From an uncultured Planctomycetales bacterium (GTDB taxonomy: Bacteria; Omnitrophota; Gorgyraeia; Zapsychrales; Fredricksoniimonadaceae), in assembly GCA_964583975.1 (NCBI GenBank), contig CAZOXU010000001.1, forward strand, positions 291,552 through 355,551: a stretch of 64,000 nt of DNA. Direction: 5' to 3'. A program made the translations under genes and the position numbers. Shown here piece after piece: positions 28,586-39,000 of this stretch (the stretch's first letter is position 1; each line of letters starts with the position of its first letter). The notes under the pieces were generated by a model, which did not search any database, had not been told where the DNA came from, and saw nothing but the letters and a program-made list of their open reading frames with translations.

Positions 28586-30709
28586 TTAAATAATTTTTGT
28601 TTCTAAATTAAACTCTATGGAAAACAAGGCCCTAAGGCTAATAAGTCCTAAAATAGCTATGGCCCATAAAATCCCTAAGAAAGCAAGAAAATAGCTCAAG
28701 AAAGACATGAAACCATTCCAATATTCTAACCTTAGTTCATACTCACCTTTGGGAAGAAAGACGGATTTAAAAGCTATATTAGCCCTTAACACATCTGTTG
28801 GGACATGATTAATGTAAGCCTTCCAGCCTGGATGATAGCCATCGGCATATATGAGCCAAGATCCTTCTTCCTGTTGAATGTTCACATGAGCCACAAGTTC
28901 ATTAGCATTAAATTTAGATACTTTCATTTGATCTTCTAAAGAAAGCAATTGTAGTTTAGGTTGCCCAATACCCGTCAAAGAGTCGCGCATGTCTGCCGAA
29001 AGTGAGCTATCCAGGAGCTTTCTAACATACTGATTGACCAATACAGCCTTATTTAATTGGCCGAAGCGAGGATCCATTTGAGCAAATCCCCAGAAGGTAT
29101 CATCGTAATGGGCCAGCGCTGCTTGTCTTAACTCTTTTTCCAAAAGCAAAGACAATCTTTGATGTTCATTGCTGGCTTCCCCAGCCCTTTGAAGCACATA
29201 TTCTAATTCATGAACATTGGTTGCTTTTAATAAATGCACAGAGGTTTTGGGTAAATGAGGCATCTTTTTGGCCAAAGCTTCTTGATAAAAAAAGCTATCC
29301 ACACCAAGAGATAGAAAAATACTGACCAAAAGCCATCGATAGTCTCCTCTGGCAATCAAAATCATCACTAGCGCAATCGCATAGCCCAAAAACCGATACT
29401 GAATGTTACTGTAATCGGCGCTTGTTAATAAATGACTCCATACACCTGAGTGTATGAGCATAAACACAACCGAACTAGCCTCCAAAGAACTATAAATGAG
29501 AAGCAACGATACGCCAAAACAGATCAAAAACTTCTTGAGTCTCACCTTTGATGCCGAGTTAAGTAAATCTGCAAGGCCAAAGCCTGCTCCGAGGATTATA
29601 AGAAGTTTGATAAGAGGAAGAATCAATCCGACATGACGAAAATATTTCATTCCTGGAAAGTAATAGACCAGATGCGTCAGCCAGCCTCCCATAGTTATCA
29701 AAATGAGAACCAGCACAGCCAAACCTATGCTCAGCGAATATTGGTTTCTATTATAGAGCATGGCCCAAATAAAGAAAAAGCTAGCAGCTAGTGTTGGATA
29801 AACGGTGTTATCAAACCCTGTCCCAATGTTGGTATAGGTTGGAACACCAAAGAACAACCATTTAACTATATTGGCATAGGTAGGATTACGTCCATAGTGA
29901 GCAAAAATATCGATGGTGTTCTGAGCATTACTGCGCGTGGCTATATTGATACTATCAAAGGCATGGATTAAAAAAAATAGGTAACTTGCAAGAACTCCCG
30001 TAAAGATAGCAAACGACAAAAAGTCCTTGGATGATTGAGGCATCAACGCTCGTAAAGCTTCCTTTTGGGAGATGAGAAGAACCGTGGCGATTAGAAAGAA
30101 AACAAAAAACCATAATGGCGCAAAATAAACCCCGCTTCCCAGCGCCCAGATAACACCAACTGTTGCGCTGATCCATAAATAAAAAGACTTCTGACGTTGA
30201 AAAAATAGCACTAAAAAATAAAAGACCCACGGAAGGTAATCATAAATCTTAAAATTAAAAAATATTTGATAGCTCCAATCCAAACTACACAAAGCACTCA
30301 GACAGACAAAAGCCACTACAGCTCTTCGGTTAAAAAACAATCGGGATAAGAAATAAAGACCGCTAACAAATATCGATTGTTTTAAAATCATGCCGATTTT
30401 AAAGAGACACAGCACATCTTGGATGGCAAAAATCTTACCCAAAACGAACATTAAATAGTCCACCGGTGAGAATGAAGATATTTGTGCTTCAGCGCCAGGG
30501 ATTCCATAAACTCCATAAGGCAACCACTGTGCTAAAATATGATGAAAATAAAATTCATTGTAGAAAAAATAAAAATGCTCAAAAACAGACAAGGTATCAT
30601 GCTGGGGATAAAAATTAGGACTGAAATAACGAAGATTGATAAAGATCACAGCTGCCAAAATCGAAAGAAAACAATAATCGATCTTTAAATTAAGACGGCT
30701 TTTAATCAT
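28586..30709 (-). CDS. YfhO-like polytopic membrane protein (putative glycosyltransferase) with C-terminal extracytoplasmic domain
   Basis: About 12 TM helices across the first ~450 aa, then a soluble ~200-aa domain and a final TM helix. Confidence 0.45.
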   Translation of the reverse strand: MIKSRLNLKIDYCFLSILAAVIFINLRYFSPNFYPQHDTLSVFEHFYFFYNEFYFHHILAQWLPYGVYGIPGAEAQISSFSPVDYLMFVLGKIFAIQDVLCLFKIGMILKQSIFVSGLYFLSRLFFNRRAVVAFVCLSALCSLDWSYQIFFNFKIYDYLPWVFYFLVLFFQRQKSFYLWISATVGVIWALGSGVYFAPLWFFVFFLIATVLLISQKEALRALMPQSSKDFLSFAIFTGVLASYLFFLIHAFDSINIATRSNAQNTIDIFAHYGRNPTYANIVKWLFFGVPTYTNIGTGFDNTVYPTLAASFFFIWAMLYNRNQYSLSIGLAVLVLILITMGGWLTHLVYYFPGMKYFRHVGLILPLIKLLIILGAGFGLADLLNSASKVRLKKFLICFGVSLLLIYSSLEASSVVFMLIHSGVWSHLLTSADYSNIQYRFLGYAIALVMILIARGDYRWLLVSIFLSLGVDSFFYQEALAKKMPHLPKTSVHLLKATNVHELEYVLQRAGEASNEHQRLSLLLEKELRQAALAHYDDTFWGFAQMDPRFGQLNKAVLVNQYVRKLLDSSLSADMRDSLTGIGQPKLQLLSLEDQMKVSKFNANELVAHVNIQQEEGSWLIYADGYHPGWKAYINHVPTDVLRANIAFKSVFLPKGEYELRLEYWNGFMSFLSYFLAFLGILWAIAILGLISLRALFSIEFNLETKII

Positions 30710-31989
30710 TCTAAAACCTTTTTACCTCGCAATAGACGATGATAGGTAATGGCAAAGCGATGGGCTTCATTACGGACCCGTTGCAACAATTGCAATCCCA
30801 AGGAGTCTTTAGGTAACACAATACTTCTGCGTTTAAGCGGTAAAAAAATCTCTTCTTCACGCTTAGCCAAAGAAATAATGTTAATACTGATATCTAACTT
30901 CTTAAGCTCTGCGAGCGCGGCAGCCAATTGGCCTTTACCACCATCGATCACAATCAAATCCGGATAGGCCAATCCTTCTTTTTTTAAACGCTTATAACGG
31001 CGGCCTACAATCTCCGCGATCATTTTAAAATCATCGATACCAGCGACTGTCTTGATTCTAAACCTACGGTAATTGCTTTTATCTGGCTTGCCATTTAAAA
31101 ACGACACCATCGATCCGACCGCCTGATTACCCATGATATTGGAAATATCAAAACATTCAAGGCGATGAGGAACCTGCTCTAACCCAAGAGCTCTTTGCAG
31201 TTGTTCTGCTTCTTTAAAATAATTAATGTCCTTAGTTCCAGAATATAACGCCCCGATGGCTCGAATTTGATCCCTGATCTTGGCTGCCCCCTCAAAATCT
31301 TTATTCCTGGCTGCCGCTTCCATTTGCGCTTGTAAATCTCGATAAAGATCGTCTTTCTTGCCTTCAAGAATGAGTCGCACGTGCTTGATATTGCGCAGAT
31401 ATTCTTGCTTTGAAACATTTTGGATACAAGGCGCATTGCACAAACCAATATGAAAATCTAAACACGTTTTATTGGGAAGGATTTCGCAACTACGAAAAGG
31501 AAATATTTTACGTATAATCCCTAAGGCCTCGCGAATTAAGGCTGGATTTACATAAGGCCCATAAAAGTCAGCTTTAACATGAGGGTTCTTACGAGTATTT
31601 AATCTCACCACAGAGACTAGCGGGTACTCATCCTTGGTAATTTGAATATATGGATAGGTTTTACCGTCTTTGAGTTCAGTATTATATTTGGGCTGATGTT
31701 GTTTGATTAAACTGGCTTCGAGAAGCAAGGCCTCAGCTTCTGAAAAGGTTGGAATAATTTCAATGTCCCCAATATTTTCAACTAAAAGACCAGTTTTAGG
31801 ATGTTTATGATCGGAACGAAAATAAGATTCAACTCGGCGCCTTAAAGCAACAGCTTTGCCGACATAAATAATTTGACCATTAGAATCTTTGAATAAATAA
31901 ACGCCCGATGTTAGGGGGAGATTTTTGACCTTCGCTTTAATGTTTTCCATACTGACCTGACCTGAGAAATCTGCATAAAAAGGCAGCAA
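30706..31989 (-). CDS. uvrC: Excinuclease ABC subunit C (UvrC) lacking the C-terminal (HhH)2 domain; probable start at 31950
   Basis: GIY-YIG domain (LTSGVYLFKD..IIYVGKA...RRV), a UvrBC region, and an RNase-H-like endonuclease domain (RNEAHRFAITYHR). Confidence 0.75.
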   Translation of the reverse strand: MLPFYADFSGQVSMENIKAKVKNLPLTSGVYLFKDSNGQIIYVGKAVALRRRVESYFRSDHKHPKTGLLVENIGDIEIIPTFSEAEALLLEASLIKQHQPKYNTELKDGKTYPYIQITKDEYPLVSVVRLNTRKNPHVKADFYGPYVNPALIREALGIIRKIFPFRSCEILPNKTCLDFHIGLCNAPCIQNVSKQEYLRNIKHVRLILEGKKDDLYRDLQAQMEAAARNKDFEGAAKIRDQIRAIGALYSGTKDINYFKEAEQLQRALGLEQVPHRLECFDISNIMGNQAVGSMVSFLNGKPDKSNYRRFRIKTVAGIDDFKMIAEIVGRRYKRLKKEGLAYPDLIVIDGGKGQLAAALAELKKLDISINIISLAKREEEIFLPLKRRSIVLPKDSLGLQLLQRVRNEAHRFAITYHRLLRGKKVLE

Positions 31990-33497
31990 AGCACAAATGC
32001 TGCTCCTCCCGCGATTCCAACAATAAGAAGTTTAAATAATCCTTTCACTGATAGGAAGGTATCAAGCAAAAACATCATGGCTCCCATCATGATCAAACAA
32101 GGAAATAACCGTAATAAAAAGTTTTTGAGGATCCCTCTGGTCTTGCCCAGCTTTGCTCTCATAACCATATAAAGCATGACAAAATTAACGATGCCTGAAA
32201 TGCTGCTGGCCAAAGCAATAGACCCGACTTGGAATTTACAAATCAACACAAAGATGACATTTAAGATCACATTCACCAAAAGAGCAATCGTAGCTATTTT
32301 AACAGGAGTCGCAGTGTCTTGCATGGCATAAAATCCTGACACCAAAATACGGCTCGCCCCAAAAAATGGCAGACCTAAACTTAAAAACTGTACTACCGAT
32401 GATGTAATTGCAGTGGAATGTTCATCAAAAGCGCCATGTTGAAAGATTGTGGCAATGGCTAACGGAGCCAACACAACCAAATAAACCGCACAAGGCAAAA
32501 GAACAAACAAAAGATTCTTTAACGAAAAATACAGTGTCTCTTTAAATGCAGTATAATCGCCTCCGGCTGACATCGATGATAATGAAGGCAAAGAAGCATT
32601 ACTTAACGAATAGGCAAAAACACCTAAAGGAAACTGGATCAAGCGATTTGCAAAATAAATGGCAGCAATTCCACCTGGACCAACAATAAAGGCTAAAGAA
32701 GCAAAAAGCGTATCTACAAACACGTTAACTTGATACACAGCAGAACCCCATAAACGCGGCGCCAACAGTTTAGCAATTTTTCCCATTCCTTCATGCCGCA
32801 AACGCTTAGGCCAGCTCCAGCGAAATCCCAATTCAGCCAAGGCCTGGCTTTGCCAAAGCAGTTGTAAAATGCCTCCTATAACCACCCCAATGGCCAAAAT
32901 ATAGGCTGTGGCCCACGAAAAGACTGTTGCTACCCAGGCACTTAGAATCATAGCGATATTTAACAAACATGAAGAAAACGCGGGGGCTTTAAATGAATTT
33001 AAGGTGTACAAAACCCCCATTTGCAAGGCTGTTAAGGCAACGAGGATCAGGTAAGGAAACATGATCCAAGTTAACTCGATTGTCAGATTAAACAAGGAAG
33101 CCTTACCTAAAAATCCAGGAGCCATAAACCTTATAATCCAAGGGGTTAGGATAATACCTAAGACCGTAAGAAGCGTTAAAATGATCGTTCCCCAGGCCAA
33201 AAGCACATTGACAAATAAGTGCCACTGCTGTTTGGTCTTAGTCTTCTGGTATTCAGCTAAAACAGGCACAATAGCGGCATTTGCAGCCCCTTCACCTACT
33301 AAATCTCGAAGCATATTTGGAATGCGCTGGGCCACAAAAAAAGCCTCAGCAATAATTCCAGTTCCAAGAAGATTAGCCAGGACAATATCACGAATAAAGC
33401 CTAAAACACGGGAGGTAAGCACCCCTGCGGATATAAGAGCGCTGGATTTAAGAAGGTTCTTATTGGACTTAGCGGCGTCCCAATTATCTGTTGACAT
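31911..33497 (-). CDS. murJ: Lipid II flippase MurJ (MviN)
   Basis: 14-TM MOP-superfamily protein; conserved SRVLGFIRDIVLANLLGTG N-terminus. Confidence 0.9.
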   Translation of the reverse strand: MSTDNWDAAKSNKNLLKSSALISAGVLTSRVLGFIRDIVLANLLGTGIIAEAFFVAQRIPNMLRDLVGEGAANAAIVPVLAEYQKTKTKQQWHLFVNVLLAWGTIILTLLTVLGIILTPWIIRFMAPGFLGKASLFNLTIELTWIMFPYLILVALTALQMGVLYTLNSFKAPAFSSCLLNIAMILSAWVATVFSWATAYILAIGVVIGGILQLLWQSQALAELGFRWSWPKRLRHEGMGKIAKLLAPRLWGSAVYQVNVFVDTLFASLAFIVGPGGIAAIYFANRLIQFPLGVFAYSLSNASLPSLSSMSAGGDYTAFKETLYFSLKNLLFVLLPCAVYLVVLAPLAIATIFQHGAFDEHSTAITSSVVQFLSLGLPFFGASRILVSGFYAMQDTATPVKIATIALLVNVILNVIFVLICKFQVGSIALASSISGIVNFVMLYMVMRAKLGKTRGILKNFLLRLFPCLIMMGAMMFLLDTFLSVKGLFKLLIVGIAGGAAFVLCCLFMQISQVRSVWKTLKRRSKISP

Positions 33498-33557
33498 AAA
33501 AATTGGTCTTTGGTATATTATCGACCTTGTTAATTAAACTTTCTATCGGAGAACAAC

Positions 33558-33818
33558 ATGCCACAACGTCGTAATGCTATTAAAGAACTTAGAAAAAACC
33601 GCACACGTCACATGCAAAATTTAGACATCAAAAGTGACCTAAAAAAGACTGTCAAAAACCTTGTTAGCGCTACTAAAGGTGATAAAACTAAAGCTCAAGA
33701 TCTACTCAAAACCCTCTACAAAAAGATGGATAAGGCAGCCAAAAGAAACATCATGCACAAAAAAACAGCTGCTCGTCGTAAATCTCGTTTCGCTAAACTC
33801 GTCGCAAGTTCCAAGTAA
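33558..33818 (+). CDS. rpsT: 30S ribosomal protein S20
   Basis: MPQRRNAIKELRKNRTRHMQN...; basic 86-aa protein. The only plus-strand gene in a 50-kb minus-strand run. Confidence 0.9.
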   Translation: MPQRRNAIKELRKNRTRHMQNLDIKSDLKKTVKNLVSATKGDKTKAQDLLKTLYKKMDKAAKRNIMHKKTAARRKSRFAKLVASSK

Positions 33819-34463
33819 TTATTTTTGTAATTCGACCAATTCTACCACTAATTTTTCCATGGCATACTCGGGCATCAAACGGCTACGTTTGATGTTCAAG
33901 TCTGCCTCTTCGAGCGCCTTCAGTCCCCTTTGAAACTTCTGCGGACCTAACATTCTGCCCTCTTTCCCCCAATACCATACCAAGGCTCCCATCATCTGTA
34001 GTGGGTACATCCCTTCATCAAAGAATTCATTGAGTATTTTTAATGCATCCGTGGTTTTCTTAGCAGTCATTAACTTTGTCATATCAAAAATATTGGACTC
34101 TTGGGTGACTCCAAAATGAGAAGTCTGAGCCTGGGCTACAATATTTTTAAAATCAGCTTTGAGCGTGTCGATAGCCTCCAGGATCACATCACAAGATTCA
34201 TACTTTTCAGCTACAAAGGCCTCTAAGACCTTAATGGCTTCACTTTTTAATTGATGAGCATGGCGTATTAACAATAATCGTTTATTGGACATGACCGGCA
34301 AAGCCAACAAAGCTTTCTTTAAATTCGCACCGGATAAGTGCTGGGCATCGAGGGATTCAAAATCAAAATGATGGGATTCTGGCTTGACCAAAATGGAAGC
34401 CTTGATCTGGATAATTTTATTGTCTTTTGCGTAGGAGTCTTCGCCGAGGATTAGGTATAACAT
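33819..34463 (-). CDS. holA: DNA polymerase III delta subunit (HolA)-like, short form
   Basis: LYLILGEDSY N-terminus and clamp-loader delta-like helical C-terminus; conserved lptE-holA adjacency. Confidence 0.5.
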   Translation of the reverse strand: MLYLILGEDSYAKDNKIIQIKASILVKPESHHFDFESLDAQHLSGANLKKALLALPVMSNKRLLLIRHAHQLKSEAIKVLEAFVAEKYESCDVILEAIDTLKADFKNIVAQAQTSHFGVTQESNIFDMTKLMTAKKTTDALKILNEFFDEGMYPLQMMGALVWYWGKEGRMLGPQKFQRGLKALEEADLNIKRSRLMPEYAMEKLVVELVELQK

Positions 34464-34482
34464 AGATATAGTGTCATTCTGA

Positions 34483-34549
34483 GCGGAGCGAAGAATCTTA
34501 AAGTAGCGATGATCTTGAGATCCTTCGTCCCTTTAGGACTCAGGATGAC
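34483..34549. repeat. Family IV palindromic element (67 bp): GTCATTCTGAGCGGAGCGAAGAATC ... GATCCTTCGTCCCTTTAGGACTCAGGATGAC
   Basis: Inverted-repeat arms GTCATYCTGAG..CGAAGRATC. Same GTCATYC terminus and same 67-bp length as Family I copy 1. Sits between the lptE stop and the holA start. Confidence 0.8.
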
Positions 34550-34560
34550 GAAATTTTCAT

Positions 34561-35076
34561 TTACCAGTTTTCGATCGTACGTTCAACAACCCGACGAGCA
34601 AGATCCGTCAGGGTATCATTTAAAGCTTGGGCTTCGCTCTTGGCTTGAGGGCCGCTGGTAAAGAATGTTGATTCACCTACAAGAGAAGGTTCCTGCCAAA
34701 AAATTTGGCCGGTGGTGTTGTCCATCATAGTCAATGCAACAACAATACGTAAACGAAACTCTAAAACATTCTGTGATGTATCAGTTCTTAAATCATCTCG
34801 TTCATACGCTATTAATTCTCCTTTAAGAACTAAATCGCTCTTATCTGAATCACTTAAACGCAAATGCCCATCTAATTGGAATCGATCAATAATGGCATTT
34901 CGCACCTTGGTCTCTAAAAGCGGTACATATAATTTTTGTGAATTTTCGTCAATAAAAGCTACCTTGTTTTGAAAAGGCGTGACATGCAAAGTTTTATAAC
35001 TCGAAGATAATAAAGAACCGGTTGTGTACCCACAACCAGAGAAAAACACCAACATACAAATTAACAGGCGTCGCAT
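34561..35076 (-). CDS. lptE: LptE-like outer-membrane LPS-assembly lipoprotein
   Basis: Lipobox FFSGC; ~170 aa; located immediately upstream of holA as in the conserved leuS-lptE-holA arrangement. Confidence 0.5.
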   Translation of the reverse strand: MRRLLICMLVFFSGCGYTTGSLLSSSYKTLHVTPFQNKVAFIDENSQKLYVPLLETKVRNAIIDRFQLDGHLRLSDSDKSDLVLKGELIAYERDDLRTDTSQNVLEFRLRIVVALTMMDNTTGQIFWQEPSLVGESTFFTSGPQAKSEAQALNDTLTDLARRVVERTIENW

Positions 35077-36021
35077 TTATTTTGCTCCAACGATTCTTAG
35101 ACGGGCCATGGCCTTAGCCCCAAATTTGGTATCGCTATAGCGGTCGACAATTTTATTATAATAAATCGTCGCTGATTTATAGTTTTTCTGCTTCTCGTAG
35201 AACTGGGCAATCACAAAATTGTTTTCTGCTTCTTTTTCACGCAAACGAGAAATCTGGTCTTTGGCTTGAGGGGTTAATTCACTCTCTGGATGGCTCTTCA
35301 CAAATTCTTTGAATCCTTCGATGGCTTGCTGGGTGATTTTTTGTTCATGCTGAGCATTGGCTGAACGATTGGTATCAGCCATGGCAATCTGGAATTGAGC
35401 AGCCTTGGCCCATTCGCTATTAGGATAATCATTCACGGTCTTTTCAAATTCATCGCGTGCTTCATCGTAAAGGCCTTTTTCTTTTAGGTAGAGGCCAATT
35501 TTATACTGGGAAACAGCTGCAAATTTGCCGTAAGGAGCATTTTTAATGACTGTACGAAAAATTTCAATCACCCGCTCGCTGCCTACAAACATCTCCACCC
35601 ATTTGCCACGGCGACTGCGTCCTTCTAAAAGCTGATTGCCGATTTGATATTCCAATTCGACGATTTCAGCGGCGCGTTCACTAAAGGGGTATTTATCGAT
35701 CACAACTTGATAGGCTTTAAACGCTTCAAAAGGCTTATTAAGCTCTTCAAAAACCCTTCCGATGCTATATTGGGCTTCAGGAGCTTCTTTGGCACGGGGA
35801 TAATGTTTAATGAGCTTCTTGAATTCAGCAATGGCTTCGTTGTATTTCTTGCCTTCTAAAAAGGTTAAACCATATTCGAGTTGAGACTTAGGTGTTGATT
35901 TAACCGACCATTTGGGATTGATAAACTTGCCTGTTTGAGGGGTCCAGATCCAAACAGCATGGGCCTGGGATAAAAAGAGGAAACTAAAGAATAAAACCAA
36001 TAAAACTCGTCGAAATTTCAT
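35077..36021 (-). CDS. bamD: BamD/YfiO-like TPR-repeat outer-membrane assembly protein
   Basis: Signal peptide followed by a TPR-rich ~290-aa body resembling BamD/YbgF. Confidence 0.5.
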   Translation of the reverse strand: MKFRRVLLVLFFSFLFLSQAHAVWIWTPQTGKFINPKWSVKSTPKSQLEYGLTFLEGKKYNEAIAEFKKLIKHYPRAKEAPEAQYSIGRVFEELNKPFEAFKAYQVVIDKYPFSERAAEIVELEYQIGNQLLEGRSRRGKWVEMFVGSERVIEIFRTVIKNAPYGKFAAVSQYKIGLYLKEKGLYDEARDEFEKTVNDYPNSEWAKAAQFQIAMADTNRSANAQHEQKITQQAIEGFKEFVKSHPESELTPQAKDQISRLREKEAENNFVIAQFYEKQKNYKSATIYYNKIVDRYSDTKFGAKAMARLRIVGAK

Positions 36022-36089
36022 TGCGTCAATTTAACATAGTTGATTTACTTTGTCAATCAACTGCCCCGACATGTTTAATTAAAAAATAC

Positions 36090-39000
36090 CTACCCTTTGG
36101 CTAGCTGGGTGTTCTTTTGAAGCTGCGAGAACATGGGCAAAGTGATGGCTGGCCTGATTTCCATGATAACCGGCACCAGACCATCAATATGAATATTTTC
36201 CAAATTCTGCTGACTAATTGGCAGCGGCACACCTGCTCCATCACGCTTGATCTGCAAATTCAAATTTGCTGCGTTAAAGTCGATACCACCCTTTGTCGCC
36301 ATTGCAGAGTCAGAGATTTTATCCGTCACGTATTGCACGATATCGCCAACCGTTCGAAGTGATGCCGTTTTGTCGTTAGGAATTCGAATATTAAAACTAT
36401 CCTCAAGCTCTATCATTAGCACAATGACGTCTTGAGAATCTACACTGAAATCCTTTTGGAGATCATCGGTATCTTTAAATTCAATGTGATCAAGACTTGG
36501 AACTACTTTCTTGATTGCTTCATGTACTTTCTGTCTTACCCCTTCAGATTTGGTTGTCATGGCAGAATCATATAAAGCGTTTATTTGATCTTTAATCGCT
36601 TTAATTTCTTGGTCCAATTTTTGCAATTGATTCCCCAAAACTGTTGGGCTATATGCTCCCCCTTGTTGAGCCCCATATCCCCTTCCCAAAGCCGACACAT
36701 AATCGACGTTAACCTTAACTCTTTGAGCACTCAATTCGCTTTCTTTATTTTGCAATTTCCTTCTATAATCAGTTTTTGAAATTACTTCTATATTCAGCTT
36801 CTCTGCTACGATTGACAATGCCCCTTCTTGAGTAAGAAGCTCTGCTGCGGTAATTCTTTGAAATGCATCATCTGACAAAACAATTGTCGTATTCTCAACG
36901 CCTTCACTTAAATATCTCTCAAATGCAACCATAGGGTCATTGTTCTGGGAAATCTCAAGATCTGCTTTTCCATCTCTAGAAATTTTTAATTTCCCTGAAG
37001 ACCATGAAACACTCGTATGTATTTTATTAAAACCTATCATCCAATAATTAGCATTTTGATAATTATAAAACACATCGACCTCGCCACTTGTTGCTTGTAA
37101 AACGCCTGTCTTCTTACCTGTAAACGCCATTTTTTGCTCTTGTAAACCATTGAAGTCCGGTGCGTTAACTAATTGGTCAAAGGCTTCACGCCATAAAGGA
37201 ATTTTAATCTTTGTAATCGCAATCATCGCTTCATCAACAAACCTAGCCTGGTGATCGTCTTGATCTGGACGACCTATTTCTGCCTGAGCCTGATGAATAG
37301 CAGTATCGAGGCTATCTAATTCTCGCTGCAGGGTCTCAATTTCCATTGCGTGCTGTAATCTGTCAGATTCATTATTCTGAACAGCAGCGGCATTCATTAA
37401 TTTGCGCTCTTGGGCTATTCGATCATTAATCTTACCTTGTTGCTTTAGAAGATTATCTAAACTTGTTTGAGGCAATTCGCCACGCATCGCGGCATCGCCG
37501 CTTCCAGTAGCGTTACTAATCTCTGCCCATGCTGTATTAATTTCTGCTTTTACATTCTCAAGTTCGCGCTTCAATACATCAATTTGTACTCTTAAACGGC
37601 TTATTATTGAAGGATTTGCAACAACATTTACACCCGCTGCTGCTGTATTTTTGGCGTACTCTGCATCTAATTCTCGTTGAAATGAATCAATTTGAGCTTG
37701 AATCGATCTTTGACGCTGTTCTAATTCGCCTTTTTGTTTGGAAGCTGTCAAAAGTTTAGCAGCACCAAGATTGGATTGATTGATACCTGCTTCTAATCGC
37801 GCTTGGGGTGGCAATTCGCCACTCATCGCGGCGTCAGAATCATCACGGCCGTTATCAATTTCTGGCAGTAACGCAAGAATATTGACCTTTATTCTTTCAA
37901 GCTGAATCTGTAATGCAGCAATTTGTGGTCTTAACGAATCGGCTTTAGTACGATCTAACTCTAATTCTTTTTGCAGACTATCGATTTGTGCTTGAAGCTC
38001 GCGTTGTTGCGCTTCTAACTGTCCTTTTCTAACTGAAGGACTGATCTGTAGATCACTTCTATTCGCCATTGCCGCGTCAGCCTTCGCTGTTGTCACTACT
38101 CCTTGACCCTCTTTAATAGGAGAAACTAATTTTGTATCAATGCCCTTGGCCTCAATGGCAGATAAAACAATATTTCTAATGTCAGGATCTATGCTACTAT
38201 CGGTATTGATTAATCCTGCTTTTTGTAGTGTAGCCTTTGGCCCATCATAAATCTTAAAATCTGGACTTCTTGCTAAATCTTCCAAATCAGCTAATGTCAA
38301 TGCGCCTAGAGTTTGATTCAACACTCCTCTTAACTTCTCCATCGTGCTATCCACCACTTCCTTACTTGCTTGCGATCCATTTCTTAAAGTGACTACATCC
38401 ATCGCTGCATCAAAACCTTGTAATAAATTCAATTCCTCTTGCGCCCTTAGCAGGGATTTTTCTGTTTTTCTTAAAGCTGCTTCCAAATCAGTCATTTTTG
38501 CAAACTTATCCTCTGCTCTTGCTATGGCCAACTCACGATTAAGCCCATCAAATTGACCTTCCAACTCTTCAACCTTTTTTTGAGCATCAGCAATAGCTTG
38601 AGAAGATTTTTGAGCCGCCATCGCGGAGTCTCTGCGCAAGATTTCATCCCAAATTCGCTGCATTATTTTCTTATCATTTGTTATTTGCTTGGCAATTCTT
38701 TTTCGTTGACGCGAACTTAAAAGAAAACTATCGACTATTGCGACTCCAATGGCATGATGCGCTGCCCACAAGGAAGATAGATAGATCGTCTGAAGCGCTG
38801 TCTTATAATTCTTACTAACAGCCAAATCAAAAATTTGCAAAGGGCTCATTTTCTTTAAACGGGGCTTAGCCGCCATCGCTGCATCTTTTTTAGTCTTCAT
38901 CGCATCTTTGATAGCACCTAAGGCTTTTACATATTTGAGTTCGGTCAATGTTCTATCAGCAATGCCATCTTCTAAATAGTCTGCTGCTGCTTGAAGTTCA

